Position numbers and translations under genes: made by a program. Below, piece by piece: positions 33,890 through 36,438 of a stretch of 36,438 bases of DNA. The stretch is taken from contig NW_021824679.1 of NCBI RefSeq assembly GCF_006345805.1, positions 1-36,438 on the forward strand, in the 5' to 3' direction. The first letter of the stretch is position 1; every line of letters begins with the position of its first letter. Under the pieces are notes generated by a model. It searched no databases. It was given only the letters and a program-made list of their open reading frames with translations, and had not been told where the DNA came from. Source of the DNA: Octopus sinensis. Lineage: Eukaryota.

Positions 33890-34800
33890 GGCTTCCGCAC
33901 ACTTTACGGTTAGCAACTTCATTCTCAAGGCACTGGTCCATTCCGGGTATAATCGTATCTGAAATTATGGCTGTCACAGCATAATTAGGCATATGTTTAA
34001 ATAGAGATACCGTATCAGTACGTTCGCTAATATCGAATACTTTTTCTTTCTGAGTATTCCGAAGTGTACAAAGATAGTCAAGTCAGAGAAAGAATAATAA
34101 CAGTAAGAGAGTGTCTCCTTGTCTAACCCCATCAAAGTCTGTTATTTAACAGACAGTTGAAATATTTTTAGATTAAGTCTTATTCATGCTTTGTTAAAAA
34201 AAAAGACTCCGCCGGTTACGACGACGAGGGTCCCAGCTGATACGATCAACGGAACAGCTTGCTCGTGAAATTAACGTGCAAATGGCTGAGCATTCCACAC
34301 ACGGTGTACCCTTAACGTAGTTCTCGGGGATAATCAGCGTGACACAGAGAGTGACAAGGCTGACCCTTGAAATACAAGTACAACTCATTTTTGCCAGCTG
34401 AGTGGACTGGAGCAACGTGAAATAAAGTGTCTTGCTCAAGGACACAACGCGTCGCCGGGAATCGAACTCACAACCTTACGATCATGAGCCGAATGCCCTA
34501 ACCACTAAGCCACGCGCCCTCACTATCATGCTTTTGTAGACTGTAATTGTAGACATTCCAACGGCTTCTAAAATTTGTCGCATTCGATCTCTGAAAATTG
34601 AGTGCAAAACCTTTTGTAAAATCTACAAATGAAAGAATGGCAGAATGCCTCTTCTCTCCGACAACCTCTATAATTCATCTGACACGGAATATTTAACCAA
34701 TTTTGGAATCATTCTTCTTAAATCAGAACGGATTTCTGAAATGTGCTCGAGCTACGAGTGCGAATCATTATGTTGTAAATTTGAACGGTGCTGGATTGAC
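33890..34800 (-). pseudogene. Highly decayed RTE-type reverse transcriptase relic, split by a SINE
   Basis: Minus strand gives, in order, IYNIMIRTR, IIEVVGEKRHSAILSFVDFTKGF (34610-34680), RDRMRQILEAVG, GVRQGDTL (about 34120-34145) and a frameshifted NYA(D)D(I)AIISD (about 33955-33990), i.e. canonical non-LTR RT motifs. Confidence 0.65.
34196..34523 (-). mobile_element. Full-length SINE family C with 11-12 bp TSD
   Basis: tcatgctttgt (34184-34194) / tcatgcttttgt (34526-34537); colinear with 11255-11580. Confidence 0.92.
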
Positions 34801-35044
34801 AGAACTCATAAAACAACTGGGAAAATCTTGCGGTATTTCTTTCGTCCCTGTACGTTCTCATCAAAGAAGGTAACTTTCACTTTTTCCCCACAAGGGTTCC
34901 CAATAAAACGAAATAGTAATCCATTACTAGTATCAATGGTATCGATTAAAGTACCCCTTTCTAAATTACTGGATTTGAGTCAAAATTTTTAAAGAATTAT
35001 CTGAGATATTCTATGTGCAATATCTATCAATGTAATAATCCAGT

Positions 35045-35338
35045 TTGGTGGCGCAATGGCCCAGTGTTTAGGGCAGCGAACTCACGGTCGGAAGATCGCA
35101 GTTTCGATTCTCAGACCGGGTGTTGTGTGTGTTTGTTGACCAAAAACACCTAAAGCACCACGAGGCTCCGGCAGGGGTTGGTGGCGACCCCTTTTGCATT
35201 CTTTCGCCCCAACTTTCTCTCACTCTTTCTTCCTGTTTCTTGAGTAACGCTGGGGTGGGGGGCACGCATACGCAATAGAAACCGGGAAACCGTGCCCATG
35301 AGCCTGGGTAGGCTTGAAAAGGGCACACAAATAAATAA
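35045..35338 (+). mobile_element. SINE family E with (AAT)n tail and 12-bp TSD
   Basis: taataatccagt at 35033-35044 and 35339-35350; head and body match 22584-22882. Confidence 0.85.
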
Positions 35339-35391
35339 TAATAATCCAGTAATTCTAAACGAACCAGATATAATCAAAGAGAATAATTCCG

Positions 35392-35458
35392 CAGGAATCG
35401 AAACCACAATCTTACGATCATGATGCTGACACCCTAACCACTAAGCCACGCGCCTCCA
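35392..35458 (-). mobile_element. Isolated tRNA-like SINE head (family C type)
   Basis: Reverse of ggaggcgcgtggcttagtggttagggtgtcagcatcatgatcgtaagattgtggtttcgattcctg; near-identical to the 8609 head. Confidence 0.75.
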
Positions 35459-36280
35459 CAATTATTACATCTATAATTATAATTAGATACCAGAAAAATC
35501 GTGAAAAATAATTCTGCATTTGAATGTAGATTTTACCCTTGTTCATAGATCGAATCATCATTTCCTCTAAGATGGTTTTAGAAAGTAAAACTGTGGCTCG
35601 GAACAAATCAACAAAAAGAATGGCTCCTAGATTACAGAACCGCGCCGTGAGAATGAACCCGAAAACTGTGCATTTGCGTTGTTAACTTCTTAACCACGCG
35701 TACACATACCACTCTCTGTGTCATACAAAAAAAGGAAAGAATTACTTTAGTGATGCAGTCCGAGATATCAAATAAAATGGAGTGTGGTCTCAAAGGGAAA
35801 ACATTTAATCATAGACCAGTTCGAATACAGCTGACTCGAGGCTAAATTTCTACAACATCAATAAACATTGCTTCTGCGATCAATCTAGAACGTTCTGGTT
35901 TCTGGGTGTTTTTGAAAAATTTTATGTGTTATCAACGAATACTTATGCATCTGGCTGCTTCAGTTCATGTCGTGCGATGTAATATGTCGCAATACCTCTG
36001 CGTTATAAATGAATAGAAAAGCTGACCTCAAATTTTCCCCCCGAAAAAATGTAAAAAAAATATTAGTTATAAAGATTTCAGGTTTTATGTTTGCATACAA
36101 ATATGTAGATAATATTGGTGGTCACCTGAAGTTTTGTTCGGTTGCCTGCAGGCGAGATTCTTTATGTGTGTTAGCATTCACTTTTGTGTTTTGTTTTTCG
36201 TTTTGGAGGTTTAGTATTTGTTTATGATTAGTCTCAGCTTATCAGTCGATGTATAGAGACGTAGGCAAACATGAACACTC

Positions 36281-36284
<4 letters not shown>

Positions 36285-36369
<85 letters not shown>

Positions 36370-36438
36370 GATATATATATATACATAGATATATATACAC
36401 ATAGATAGATATATATACACATAGATAGATATATATAC
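36285..36438. repeat. (TA)n/(GATA)n microsatellite
   Basis: Direct reading. Confidence 0.9.

Overview
Repeat-saturated, AT-rich eukaryotic DNA with no host protein-coding gene that I can support. The SINE repertoire and the density of (TA)n, (GATA)n, (TATG)n and (ATT)n tracts best fit an octopus or other coleoid cephalopod genome (inference from pattern recognition, not a database result). Most of the listed ORFs are translated microsatellites. The window contains: (1) many tRNA-derived SINEs, which I label families A-E (my own labels), several with clean 12-15 bp target-site duplications; (2) decayed LINE pieces from four clades: a Tx1/L1 3' end, two CR1 3' ends, an RTE-type RT relic and an R4/Dong-type endonuclease fragment; (3) a mariner 3' end; (4) two inverted copies of an unclassified DNA-transposon-like element; (5) Penelope-like fragments in or next to (TA)n tracts, carrying four hammerhead-ribozyme-like motifs, one with an intact core; (6) several fold-back or inverted structures. 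The strongest leads are a SINE whose 3' tail matches a (GATA)n-embedded Tx1 LINE, a five-unit SINE array inside a single TSD, the hammerheads, and a 70-bp cassette flipped between inverted (TAG)n/(CTA)n tracts. All alignments and folds were done by eye.
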